Made by a program: the position numbers and the translations under genes. Of a stretch of DNA of 64,000 nucleotides, positions 49,925 to 60,289 are shown in pieces. The stretch is from an uncultured Clostridia bacterium (GTDB lineage: Bacteria; Bacillota; Clostridia; TANB77; CAG-508), in NCBI GenBank assembly GCA_947632035.1, contig CANRNR010000002.1:1-64000 (forward strand). The letters run 5' to 3'. Every line of letters begins with the position of its first letter. Position 1 is the first letter of the stretch. A model generated the notes under the pieces. The model saw nothing but the letters and a program-made list of their open reading frames with translations, did not search any database and was not told where the DNA came from.

Positions 49925-51193
49925 TTATTTAAGTTCTTTTCTTTGTATTATATCATTTGCAATAGGTTTAGTTATTTCATAAATTAATAATGGGGGTACC
50001 GCATTACCAGTTTGAACTCTTTCCTGCACAATTCCGCCTAAAAATTCATATGTGTCTGGAAAACTTTGTATTCTTGCTCTTTCTCTTATACTTAATCCTC
50101 TTGCCTGTGTTGGATGTCCAAATTGAAATTGGGGTCTAATTCCACCAGCTAATTGGGTTGGACTAGGCATATCTAATCTTAATCTAATTCTTTGTTTAAA
50201 TTTTTTATACATTGGTTCACCTGGAACAGTATTATTAATTTTTTCAATAGTTTCTTGAGGATGATTTGGTGCTATATGATTAAATATTTTTTTCGATTCT
50301 TCTTGTTCCAAATAAGGTGATTCTCCTCTCATCATCCTTTGAAATTCGTTTTTGGCAGTACAATTATAGTTTTCTTTTTGCTCATTATTATTTAGGCTAG
50401 GCAAATCAGATATTGCTTCTCCAACAGTTCTAAACTTAGTCTTTCCTAATTCAATATTATCTGTATCTGAAAATTTTCCTTCTGGAAAAACATATCTTTC
50501 AGATAATCCAGTATTTCTTTTTACACCAACAAATAATAAACGGATTCTAGTTTGTGGAACTCCATACTCTGCAGCATTTACTAATTTTACGGTTGTATTA
50601 TATCCTAATTTATCCATATAATCTTTTATATCATTTTCAAATTTTCCACCTGCAGTAGTCCTCAAACCTGAAACATTCTCTAATATTATATAATCCGGGT
50701 TAAATATTTTAATATATTTCATATATTCTAAAAATAGGAAGTTTCTTTCATCATTATCATTATGTTTTCTATTTGCTATTGAAAAACCTTGACATGGTAC
50801 ACCTCCAGTAATTAAATTTATATGTTCTATCCCATAGTCTTCTAATTTCTTTTTTACCAATTCAGGAGGAACGGTTCTAATATCACCTAAGCAGCCTAAT
50901 GCCTTTGGATGATTATGTATCCATGTAGACATTGCAGGTTCTAAATAATCAATTCCAAATACAGATTCAAAACCCGACCAAGCACAGCCGACAGAAAAGC
51001 CACCTGCTCCACAAAACAAATCCATCATTAATAATTTATCTTTATCAGGTTTTTTAAAATTTTTTTCATTCAAAAATACTGCACTCTTTGTATTCAAATA
51101 AGAACTTTTTTCTACTGGAATATTCTTATCCCATACATTTTTTCCTTTATGTTTATTATTTTTTTCAGAAAGTGTAGTTTGCGTATTGCTCAT
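49925..51193 (-). CDS. DNA (cytosine-5)-methyltransferase
   Basis: Motif I DLFCGAGGFS, motif IV GGVPCQGFS, motif VI ILENVSGL, motif VIII QTRIRL, motif X GNAVPP. A large target-recognition region lies between VIII and IX. Confidence 0.9.
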   Translation of the reverse strand: MSNTQTTLSEKNNKHKGKNVWDKNIPVEKSSYLNTKSAVFLNEKNFKKPDKDKLLMMDLFCGAGGFSVGCAWSGFESVFGIDYLEPAMSTWIHNHPKALGCLGDIRTVPPELVKKKLEDYGIEHINLITGGVPCQGFSIANRKHNDNDERNFLFLEYMKYIKIFNPDYIILENVSGLRTTAGGKFENDIKDYMDKLGYNTTVKLVNAAEYGVPQTRIRLLFVGVKRNTGLSERYVFPEGKFSDTDNIELGKTKFRTVGEAISDLPSLNNNEQKENYNCTAKNEFQRMMRGESPYLEQEESKKIFNHIAPNHPQETIEKINNTVPGEPMYKKFKQRIRLRLDMPSPTQLAGGIRPQFQFGHPTQARGLSIRERARIQSFPDTYEFLGGIVQERVQTGNAVPPLLIYEITKPIANDIIQRKELK

Positions 51194-51440
51194 ATTTACA
51201 ACTCCAATTTATATATATAAACATTTTTTTTATTTATATCATAAAAATTATAATTCTACAATAATAAATATTTTTATTTATTATTTTATAACATTTATTA
51301 AATATTTACTTGTACAAATATACATAAATAAAAATGAATAAATTTGATATTTAACGTAATCAATAAAAAATATAGCATAATGTAAAAACATATGATATAA
51401 TGATGGCATAACAAATTATAAATATATGAAAGGGGAAAAA

Positions 51441-52910
51441 ATGGAAGATCAAGAAAACAATTCTAATGAATTAAATAATGAGAATGAAGCTAAAAAAATG
51501 GATGCAACAGAAGCAAATGTGACAGACGAAAAAGTAACAAACGTAAATTCAACAGATGAAAATGTAGCAAACGAAAATAGCTCACAACAAGAGGAAAATA
51601 ACAAAGTTATTAAAACAAAAGAAGAAAAAAAGGAAGTTAAAGGTAGTTATATTACAGGAATTATAGGTGCTATAATTGGTGGATTAATTGCAACAGTTCC
51701 ATGGATACTAATGTATGTGTATGGAAATATGATGTTATCTGCTTTAGCAATAATTATAGCTGCTGGTGAATTTTACGGCTACAAATTATTTAAAGGAAAA
51801 ATGACTAAAGCATTGCCTGCAATTATAATGGTAATATCAGTATTAATTGTTGCATTAACTACTTTTGGAGTAATACCAGCTATTTTATTACATAATAATG
51901 AACTTACAGTAAGTATGGATACAATGAAACTTTTATATTCAGACTCTGATTTTATAGATGGAATAACACGAGATGGATTAATAGCTATAGTATTTACATT
52001 ACTTGGAGCTAGTGCAATTACTGCAAATATTAAGAAAAAGTTGCAAGAAGGTGAAACAGAAAATATTGATTTAGGAAATGCAGAGAAAATAGAAAAAGCT
52101 AAAAATTCAGCAATAGAAAAGGTAAAACCTATTTTTGAAAAATATAATGCAGTTGAAAAAGAGAATGGAATATTAAAAGATGATTTAAATGCAGAAATTA
52201 ATGAAAGTCCAGAACTAAAAGAAGCATTATCATATTTAAAATCTTTAGGAATTGTTAAAAAATCAAATGGTAGATTTTATTATTCGCAAGAAGCAGAAGG
52301 TAAGCAAACTTTAGAAAAAAGAAAGAAGAAATCTAAAATTATAACTATAGTAATAGCTGTAATATTTGTATTAGTAATAGTTGGAAACTTTGCTTATGTA
52401 CAATATGAAAACATGAAGCCAGTTCAAGTTTCAGATGATGTAATAAGTTTTGAAGTAAGTAAAAATTGGGAAGAATTTACGAATTATTATCAATCAGGAT
52501 GGAGCTATAGTAGATACATAAACACCCCTGAACCAAAAGTAGATGAAGAGATTGAAGAAGGGGATTATTCAAAATATCCTGCATATCTTAATGTAAGTTA
52601 TAATGAAATATATAGTACAAGATTTGATACAATAGAAGATATTAAGAATACAATGCAGGAATCTGTTGAAGGAGCAGAAGAAAAGCCATCAGTATATGAA
52701 GATGAAATAGTAAAATCAAGTAAAGGTTATGATTGCTTAAAAATAAAAATTGTGTTTAATGAAGAACCTGCACAAGTTGAGTATATTTATTATATGAAGA
52801 AGGATAATTTTATTGCTAGTATAGATGCATATAGCTTTAATTTAGATGATGATGCAGAACTAGAAAAAACAGTAGATAAAATTGCTGATTCTTTTGAATG
52901 GGTAGAATAA
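51441..52910 (+). CDS. hypothetical membrane protein with acidic low-complexity N-terminus
   Basis: N-terminal E/N-rich region, 4-5 TM helices, internal TM at ~residue 300, extracytoplasmic C-terminal domain. AAAGGGGA RBS. Confidence 0.5.
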   Translation: MEDQENNSNELNNENEAKKMDATEANVTDEKVTNVNSTDENVANENSSQQEENNKVIKTKEEKKEVKGSYITGIIGAIIGGLIATVPWILMYVYGNMMLSALAIIIAAGEFYGYKLFKGKMTKALPAIIMVISVLIVALTTFGVIPAILLHNNELTVSMDTMKLLYSDSDFIDGITRDGLIAIVFTLLGASAITANIKKKLQEGETENIDLGNAEKIEKAKNSAIEKVKPIFEKYNAVEKENGILKDDLNAEINESPELKEALSYLKSLGIVKKSNGRFYYSQEAEGKQTLEKRKKKSKIITIVIAVIFVLVIVGNFAYVQYENMKPVQVSDDVISFEVSKNWEEFTNYYQSGWSYSRYINTPEPKVDEEIEEGDYSKYPAYLNVSYNEIYSTRFDTIEDIKNTMQESVEGAEEKPSVYEDEIVKSSKGYDCLKIKIVFNEEPAQVEYIYYMKKDNFIASIDAYSFNLDDDAELEKTVDKIADSFEWVE

Positions 52911-53105
52911 TGTTATGTTTAGCTTAAAATTTTTAAAAGTAAAGCGATAGGTCGTCATAAAAAGACAATATAAAATGAATAAATTATAAAAATAAAGGGG
53001 ATAAATTATTAAAAATTTATCTCCTTTATTAGTAATTCAATCTATTAAATTTACCTTATTTTAGCAGTTACTTTATGAAAATACCTACTAGTAAAGTATA
53101 AGAAA

Positions 53106-53414
53106 TTAAATAGAATTTTTCAACTGTGCTATTTTTGTGTCCATTGCTGATATTTGTGCTAGTTTTGCATCTAATTGATTTTGTTTCAATTTTATTTCTT
53201 CTTCTAGTAGCATACATATTTTTTCCATCTGATCTGGGTGTATAGAAAATAAATCAGCTTCACCACTTTTTAGGTCATCATATAATTTCAAAAATTGCTC
53301 TTTATTTAAATCTTGACGAATATTAGTAGATTGTGGTGTAGGAAGTCTTTTTTGTGTACTAAAAATATTTTTAATAAAATTTTTTATTTTAATAAATATA
53401 TTATTTTCACTCAT
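53106..53414 (-). CDS. hypothetical coiled-coil protein (102 aa)
   Basis: ORF with heptad-like C-terminus (QNQLDAKLAQISAMDTKIAQLKNSI); downstream of a large hypothetical gene in the same orientation. Confidence 0.4.
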   Translation of the reverse strand: MSENNIFIKIKNFIKNIFSTQKRLPTPQSTNIRQDLNKEQFLKLYDDLKSGEADLFSIHPDQMEKICMLLEEEIKLKQNQLDAKLAQISAMDTKIAQLKNSI

Positions 53415-53434
53415 TTAAATCATTCTCCTAAATT

Positions 53435-55534
53435 CTATTTTAATAAATCTTCTATGCGAGATATTTTTTCATTAAGTTCAGCTTTTTGCTTTTCTAATGC
53501 TTCGGCTGATTTTTGAGCATCTTCCATTGATTTCTTTGCTTCATTTTCTTCTGCCATTGCTTGCATTGTTTCTCTTTTTGCTTTTTCTTCATTAGCTTTT
53601 GCCAAATCGGTTTTTTGAGTAGCATCATAATATTCTTTTTGTTTTTCTAATAATAGTACATTACACCTTTCCAATTCTCCATTTATGCTATCTAAAGCTC
53701 TCATAAGTTCTAAAAATTTAGAAGCAAAATCCATTACTTTAGCTCTATTTTCAACAGGTGTTTCAGAACTAATTAAAGGTTCATAAGGGTTTGTTGTTTG
53801 ACCATCAATGTCCTCTTCAACATTAGGTAATGACTTATTATGAAGTTTAGAATTATCAGTATCAGGTGTTTCAGAACTTTCTGAAATATCGGTTGCTTCA
53901 GGGGTATTATGTGCTTCTGAAGCATATGGAATTTCAGAAGTATTATCTATTTTTGAAACTTCATCTATTTTAGTTTCATTACTATCAAATAAATCTCTTT
54001 GAGTCAAACCAGCTTCAATTATACCTTTCTTAAAATCATTATATGAAAGCCCGTCATCCTTATGTTTTTCAAAAAAATCAAATGCATATCCATATTCAAG
54101 TATAGATGCATCTAAAATACTACTTAATTTATCAGAATGTATAATACCAGCATTAATTGAACTAAGACTCTTGGCCATTCTCATATATAAAAATGCTTTT
54201 TGCGATTCTGATTCTAATTTATCATCAGGAACATCAAAAATTTTTAATCTATTAATTAATTCATCTTTTAACTTATTATTATACAAATTACTAAAAGAAT
54301 AACTAGCATTGAGAAGTAATCCTTCCATAATTTCTGGAGTAATAATATTTCCTATATTCTGATTAACCCCATCCAAAAATTCTCTGTTAGATTGCAATAT
54401 TTCAGATATATCTTTTCCTCTACGATTAGTATATTTTTTATCTTGAGGTGGTGTAGTAGGTTCATTAGGTAAAATGTTTTGAGAGCCTAAATCACCATCT
54501 TGATCTAATTCTGAAGGAATTGTAGGATTTTTTACAGTAATTGGTTCATATCTAGAATTTTGCAAATTATTGAATCTTTCAATCAAATAATCATAATATT
54601 TTTCTGATTCATGACGAACACTAATAATCTTTCCATCTGAACCAGCTTTTTCTCTTAATTCTCCTCTAGATAATTGAATCAAATCTAAAGCAGATTCTTT
54701 AGGTAAAATATAGGTTGCTTTTCCATAATCTTCTAAACATTGCCCATCTTTATTTACTTTAAAGAAATTTTCCGCAATAACTAAATCTGAATCAGCAATC
54801 TCAAAAATGATAGTACCTGTGAATCTATCTCTACCAAGACGTACTCTTTCTATTTTAAAATTTTCTTTTAAAAAGTCTAATCTTTTTTTAGCAGATAAAG
54901 CTTCTATATATTGATTATTGCCATGATTAGAACTTCCTTGAGTATTATTCTCATTATTATCCTGAATAATATTATTATTTCTAGATCTTGGCTTTTCCAT
55001 GTTAGGTGGAAATATTTCACCTTGTAACATATCAATAGGCAAATCTGAAAAATAAGAAGTTAATACATCATATTCTGTAAAACTACCAGGGTTTGAAGTA
55101 TCTAACTTATGATCTTCATCTGTTTCAACTAGAGCTTTAATATCATCTAATGCACCTTGATCTATCTCTCCTTCTTCAGCAGACATCCTTAACTTAATTA
55201 TATCTTTTTCTAATAAAGCTTGATTATAGACCTCCATATTACGAGATTCAGAAATTTTTTCTAATGTTTCAATAGCATGGCTATACATACCATTTTCTCT
55301 ATAATATTTTGTAACCTCTAAAAACAACTTATGAAGTTTTACAGGTGGTAACTTTCCAATATATTTATTTAATATTGTTCGTTGTATGTAAGTTATCGCA
55401 TTTTCAGAATAAGGACTTCTCAAATATTCAATGCATTCATTACACAAATTTTCTTCTCTAAAAGGATCATTTGAATCAGCTTTTATTTGCCTAATATTTC
55501 TTATATATACTTTTTCTTTTCTTTCCTCGCTCAT
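53435..55534 (-). CDS. large hypothetical protein (~700 aa) with C-terminal coiled coil
   Basis: Likely start MSEERKEKVYIRN (AAGGAAGG RBS), since the upstream 50 codons look like translated AT-rich leader. No recognisable catalytic motif. Confidence 0.5.
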   Translation of the reverse strand: MSEERKEKVYIRNIRQIKADSNDPFREENLCNECIEYLRSPYSENAITYIQRTILNKYIGKLPPVKLHKLFLEVTKYYRENGMYSHAIETLEKISESRNMEVYNQALLEKDIIKLRMSAEEGEIDQGALDDIKALVETDEDHKLDTSNPGSFTEYDVLTSYFSDLPIDMLQGEIFPPNMEKPRSRNNNIIQDNNENNTQGSSNHGNNQYIEALSAKKRLDFLKENFKIERVRLGRDRFTGTIIFEIADSDLVIAENFFKVNKDGQCLEDYGKATYILPKESALDLIQLSRGELREKAGSDGKIISVRHESEKYYDYLIERFNNLQNSRYEPITVKNPTIPSELDQDGDLGSQNILPNEPTTPPQDKKYTNRRGKDISEILQSNREFLDGVNQNIGNIITPEIMEGLLLNASYSFSNLYNNKLKDELINRLKIFDVPDDKLESESQKAFLYMRMAKSLSSINAGIIHSDKLSSILDASILEYGYAFDFFEKHKDDGLSYNDFKKGIIEAGLTQRDLFDSNETKIDEVSKIDNTSEIPYASEAHNTPEATDISESSETPDTDNSKLHNKSLPNVEEDIDGQTTNPYEPLISSETPVENRAKVMDFASKFLELMRALDSINGELERCNVLLLEKQKEYYDATQKTDLAKANEEKAKRETMQAMAEENEAKKSMEDAQKSAEALEKQKAELNEKISRIEDLLK

Positions 55535-55693
55535 AAATGTATCAAATTCCTTCCTTATTATATTACTTTTAAGTTTATCATAAGGAAAAATTATAATCAA
55601 TAAAAATGAAAAACGTAATACAAACATAAAATAATTGTAATTATTTTGTAATATATATTTGTGTAGATTATGAAAAGAATTCAATTATAAAAA

Positions 55694-56407
55694 TCAAATT
55701 TTTTGATATTCACCATTTTGATAGACAAATTTGTCTCCCTTTTTAGCTGAGTCATACAAGTCTTTAGGAAATTCTATTTCTTCAATTCCCTCTAAACCTC
55801 CGGTAGCTTTATTGTTTAAGTCATATAACCAAATTCTTCCTAAATATTTTTCATCAACTTCATAAATATGTCCATCTATTCTTTTACTGTTTAAATATTG
55901 GTCTTGCTCTTTAATTTTTTCATTAATCATACTATTTATTTGATTTTCAATAGCCAAAGTATCTTCTTTTTCTAAAATAAAGTTTTCTCCTTGTTTTCTT
56001 AAAACACTCCCTAAAGTTGTACCTTTAGGCAAATCTTCGATTTTCTTTGTAATTACTTCATGACTTTTATTTGAATTGCAAATACATAAATTATATTCAT
56101 TTTTTCTGTCAGTAGCTATATTATATACATAGTACATTTCGCCTTTATCTATAGTTTCTAAAGCATAATTTTGTAAGATATTTGTTCTTTCAAGTAGCAT
56201 TTCGTTCTTATATTTTGAAATTATCTTCTTGCTGCCTATTTCTAAATTATCTGCGAGTAAATTATTCCAAGTATTGTTCTCTTTAGAAATTTTGTGATTA
56301 GTTATCAAATTTCGTTCTAAATAATTTGATAATTCTTTTATAAAATTTTGCACAAATTTATTCTCCTTTAAATTATTAAATAAATCATTTACTAAGTCTA
56401 AATTCAA
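55694..56407 (-). CDS. hypothetical protein (237 aa)
   Basis: ORF with RBS, no identifiable domain; first gene of a 3-gene minus-strand set. Confidence 0.45.
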   Translation of the reverse strand: MNLDLVNDLFNNLKENKFVQNFIKELSNYLERNLITNHKISKENNTWNNLLADNLEIGSKKIISKYKNEMLLERTNILQNYALETIDKGEMYYVYNIATDRKNEYNLCICNSNKSHEVITKKIEDLPKGTTLGSVLRKQGENFILEKEDTLAIENQINSMINEKIKEQDQYLNSKRIDGHIYEVDEKYLGRIWLYDLNNKATGGLEGIEEIEFPKDLYDSAKKGDKFVYQNGEYQKI

Positions 56408-56649
56408 TATATAATCACTCCTTCATTTTTTAATTTTTTTATAATGGAAAAATACTATAAGATTTAATAGTATCAAGAATAAAATTTAAGAGTAATTATA
56501 TATTGTTTTCCATAAATTTACAATAGATTCATTGCAAATTCTTAATATTTATAATAGATTTATCGTAAATTCATAAAGCTTTCTTAATATTTATAAACAA
56601 TTTTTAATCTTGATTATAATAGTTTGCAAATGACATAATTCTTTAATTA

Positions 56650-57501
56650 TTATTTTTCATAACTTTCACCAGTAGCATAATCAATAACTATTCCTGGTTG
56701 AACATTATAACAATATACATTAAACTGCACTCCTTTTCCAGAATCTTCAATTGACCATGCTTCCATTTCTACTCCACTTGCTAAAAGATTATTATTTTCA
56801 AAAATAGGTGTTACTCGATATAAAACATGATTACTTTTGTTTTCATTTAAGTACCCAGCTACTTCATTTTCAAAAGGTAGCATCCCTTCTGTATTTAAAT
56901 ATCTTGTCCCAGTTATCAAATTATTTTTATTTGCATTTTCTCCTGCTAACTGCCACCCAATTAGATGACAACGATTATATAAGTATTTATCTTTTATTAA
57001 ATTATCGTATCTTTTTTGTATCCATCCAGATGGCTTAATTCCACCGATTTCTCCTCTTTGAGCATCTTCTGGAGGCATAATTTCTTTGCCAATATTAGCA
57101 TATGCTACACCACATCTACCTAAGATATCTAATTCACTATAATTTTCAAAAGATTCTTTGGTATAATCTTCTTCTGCAAAATATGGAATATTGCCATTTA
57201 TTTCAACGAAAGGCATTCCAGAATATTCTGGAATTGTAGATAAATCAAAAGTAGTAGTTTCATTTTGTGCTACGTTTGAATTATTATTTGGATTGTTGCT
57301 TTGAATACCACTTTCAATGTTACTTTCATTAGTACTTTGATTATCTATTTGTGCTATATTTTGAGAATTAAATAGTTCATTATCTTGACTAAAAATGTCG
57401 AAGTTGCCAGTTAAATAACAAAAAATAATAATACAGATTACTATTGCTGAACCTAATATTTCTTTGTAGATATTTTTCTTTTTACTTCTTTTTCTCCCCA
57501 T
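56650..57501 (-). CDS. DNA/RNA non-specific endonuclease (EndA/NucA family), membrane-anchored/secreted
   Basis: N-terminal basic stretch + TM/signal, low-complexity N/Q/S-rich linker, catalytic region with NRCHLIGWQLAGENAN (DRGH-type motif). Confidence 0.75.
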   Translation of the reverse strand: MGRKRSKKKNIYKEILGSAIVICIIIFCYLTGNFDIFSQDNELFNSQNIAQIDNQSTNESNIESGIQSNNPNNNSNVAQNETTTFDLSTIPEYSGMPFVEINGNIPYFAEEDYTKESFENYSELDILGRCGVAYANIGKEIMPPEDAQRGEIGGIKPSGWIQKRYDNLIKDKYLYNRCHLIGWQLAGENANKNNLITGTRYLNTEGMLPFENEVAGYLNENKSNHVLYRVTPIFENNNLLASGVEMEAWSIEDSGKGVQFNVYCYNVQPGIVIDYATGESYEK

Positions 57502-57796
57502 AAGATTACCTCTTATTAATTATTTTCTTTAGCTATACTAACATAAAAATAAACAATTATCAATAATTAAAAACGACCTAATTTAATATAAAAATTATAT
57601 TAATTGCATAGAATTAATATAAAGCATATTGCATATAAAATTACAATTCACAAAGTTAAAAAGATTTCATACTATAAAGTATTAATGAAAAGAGAGGTGT
57701 ATTTTTATTATAAACAGAAGGAATATTGTAGATATTGTACCTACAAATGTAAATTATAATTATGACATTTTTAGAAAAAATGTTGATGAATTAAAA

Positions 57797-58645
57797 ATGC
57801 TGTATCCATTTTTAGAAATTGGAATTATTGGATATAGTATACTAGGAAAGGAAATTCCATACATAAAGATAGGGAGGGGAGAAAGGCAGGTATTATACCA
57901 TGGATCAATACATGCAAACGAGTGGATAACCTCAGTTCTTCTTATGAAATTTATAGAAAACTTTTGTAGAGCATATATTAGTAATTCTAATATTTATGGT
58001 TATTCAGCTCAAAATTTATTTAATAAAGCTTCACTATATATTGTTCCAATGGTAAATCCTGATGGAGTAGATTTAGTAACAGGAAATATAGATAAAAATG
58101 GTAGCATATATCAAAATTATGTATACCTATCTAAGTTCTATCCAAGCATCGTATTTCCAAATGGTTGGAAAGCAAACTTCAATGGTGTGGATTTAAATTT
58201 ACAATTTCCAGCAGGGTGGAGAAATGCTAGAAACATCAAGTTTTCACAAGGATTTACAAAGCCAGGACCTAGAGATTTTGTAGGAACAGGGCCATTAACC
58301 CAAAGAGAAGCAATAGCACTTTATAACTTTACATTAACACATAATTTTGAATTGAGCCTTTCATACCATACACAAGGAAAAGAAATCTACTGGCAATTTT
58401 TAAATTATGAGCCACAAGGAACAAAAGAAATAGGAGAGGCTTTTGCAAAAGCATCAGGTTACCTACTTACAGAAGTACCATATAATTCAAGTTTTGCAGG
58501 ATATAAAGATTGGTTTATTCAAAATTATAATAAACCAAGTTATACTATTGAAGCGGGGGTTGGAGAAAATCCACTTTCAATTTCACAGTTTCAAGAAATT
58601 TATAATGATAATATTGGAATATTAGTACTTGGAATGATGTTATAA
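57797..58645 (+). CDS. M14 family zinc carboxypeptidase (gamma-D-glutamyl-meso-diaminopimelate peptidase-like)
   Basis: HGSIHANEW (HxxE zinc ligands). The reading frame stays open upstream to 57689 with no ATG but a strong AGAGAGG RBS, so the true N-terminus likely starts at a non-ATG codon near 57707. Confidence 0.7.
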   Translation: MLYPFLEIGIIGYSILGKEIPYIKIGRGERQVLYHGSIHANEWITSVLLMKFIENFCRAYISNSNIYGYSAQNLFNKASLYIVPMVNPDGVDLVTGNIDKNGSIYQNYVYLSKFYPSIVFPNGWKANFNGVDLNLQFPAGWRNARNIKFSQGFTKPGPRDFVGTGPLTQREAIALYNFTLTHNFELSLSYHTQGKEIYWQFLNYEPQGTKEIGEAFAKASGYLLTEVPYNSSFAGYKDWFIQNYNKPSYTIEAGVGENPLSISQFQEIYNDNIGILVLGMML

Positions 58646-58806
58646 ATTAAAACACATAGATTTGTTAATAGAATTTGAAATATTTTGAAAACTTTATAAT
58701 TTGATTCTAATTTTTTTAAAATGACAAAAGCAAAACTATATGATATAATAACCAAAATTATGTGTGAAGTATATTATTATATAAAAAAATAGGAGAAGAA
58801 CTAGAA

Positions 58807-59247
58807 ATGAGCGAAGATGAAAAGTTTATTGATATAGCGATAGAAATTAGTAAAAAAGCTAAATATCCTTATGGTGCTATTATTGTAAAGGATGGAAAAA
58901 TAATTGGTAGAAGTGATGATAAAACTTTAATGGAAACGAGTATGTATTCTCATGCAGAATTAGAAGCAATAGAAAGTGCATCAAAAAATAAAAATTTATA
59001 TGGTGATTTAAAAGGTGCAATAATGTATGTATCTTGTGAACCTTGTATGATGTGCATGGGTGCAATACTATATGAAGAATTTTCCAAAATTGTTTATGCT
59101 GCAACATTACAAGATTCTAATGATAACTATTGCTCAGAAATGATTACGAATATAGATGAACTTGCCAAATATTCTAAAAATAAAATAGAAATAATAAAAG
59201 AATTACATAGGGATAAAGCAATAGAAATCTTAAAGAATGCAAAATAA
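58807..59247 (+). CDS. CMP/dCMP-type zinc deaminase (TadA/guanine deaminase family)
   Basis: HAELEAI...SCEPCMMCMGAI zinc-binding signature (H(A)E ... PCxxC). Confidence 0.8.
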   Translation: MSEDEKFIDIAIEISKKAKYPYGAIIVKDGKIIGRSDDKTLMETSMYSHAELEAIESASKNKNLYGDLKGAIMYVSCEPCMMCMGAILYEEFSKIVYAATLQDSNDNYCSEMITNIDELAKYSKNKIEIIKELHRDKAIEILKNAK

Positions 59248-59468
59248 AGAAGAGCGCATTGTTTTGGTGAATTTATAAGATAACTATTACAAACAAAAGA
59301 TATACTCTTATTATTTAAAAGTATATCTTTTTGATTTTCAAAAATTATTTTATTTTCTTTTTTTTATTTCTAGCAGATATCCCGTAATAGAACATATCAA
59401 CAATATTGTTTCTAAAATTATTCCAAATATAGACTTTATATAAATATTATATAATATCCATAAAATTC

Positions 59469-59744
59469 CTATTGGAATACCAAGTAATTTATATATATTC
59501 GTTCTCTTTTTCCATTTTTCTTTTCATCGATTAAGAAAATGATATTTCTTATCAAAGCAACAATACACATTGCAAAACCTGTCCATGCACTTAGGAATAT
59601 ATATGCTATACCATTTGCAGTAAGTGACAAAAAACTTAATATTAAAACTTTTTTTCTATCTTTTGCATAATATGTTAATGCTAACAATGCATAAGTAATA
59701 ATAGTAAATACTTGTGATAATATGTATGCTACATTCAAATCCAT
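59469..59744 (-). CDS. small membrane protein, YgjV-like (possibly truncated)
   Basis: 91 aa, 3 TM; the family is usually ~2x this length. Confidence 0.4.
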   Translation of the reverse strand: MDLNVAYILSQVFTIITYALLALTYYAKDRKKVLILSFLSLTANGIAYIFLSAWTGFAMCIVALIRNIIFLIDEKKNGKRERIYINYLVFQ

Positions 59745-59765
59745 TATTTATCCTCCATTCAAATA

Positions 59766-60272
59766 TTATTTCAATTTTAACATATACAATTTTCTTAAGA
59801 ATCCATTTGATAATTTTGTTTCTTTTACGAATTCTAAACCTACTTTTTCAAGAGTTTTGCAACTGCCTATATTATTAGGATGAGCCATAGAAATAATGTA
59901 ATCAAATCCTAGTTTTTTAGCTAATTCTAATTCTATAGTTTGTAATTTAGTGGTTATACCATTTCCTCTATATTCTGGTAAAACTAAATTTCCACCCAAC
60001 TCACATACTGTATATTTTTCCAATCCAAATTCCTTCTTAAAATCTGCAAGCATATCTTGTGAAACATATAATTGAGCCATTCCAACAAGTTTATTTCCAT
60101 CATATGCTCCATATAAAGGTGCATAATTTTTTTCATCAAACATACTGTCAAGCTCCCATTGTTCATAAGGTATAAAATAATTCTGATTTTCTAATCCTTC
60201 TAAAACAGTTTTTATAAGACTAAATAATTGCCCTTTATCTTTTTCTTCAATTTTCTTAAAAATTAAATTCAT
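59766..60272 (-). CDS. GNAT family N-acetyltransferase
   Basis: Acetyl-CoA binding motif A region VLPEYRGNGITTKL; 168 aa. Confidence 0.8.
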   Translation of the reverse strand: MNLIFKKIEEKDKGQLFSLIKTVLEGLENQNYFIPYEQWELDSMFDEKNYAPLYGAYDGNKLVGMAQLYVSQDMLADFKKEFGLEKYTVCELGGNLVLPEYRGNGITTKLQTIELELAKKLGFDYIISMAHPNNIGSCKTLEKVGLEFVKETKLSNGFLRKLYMLKLK

Positions 60273-60289
60273 AAATTAATATCTCCTTT

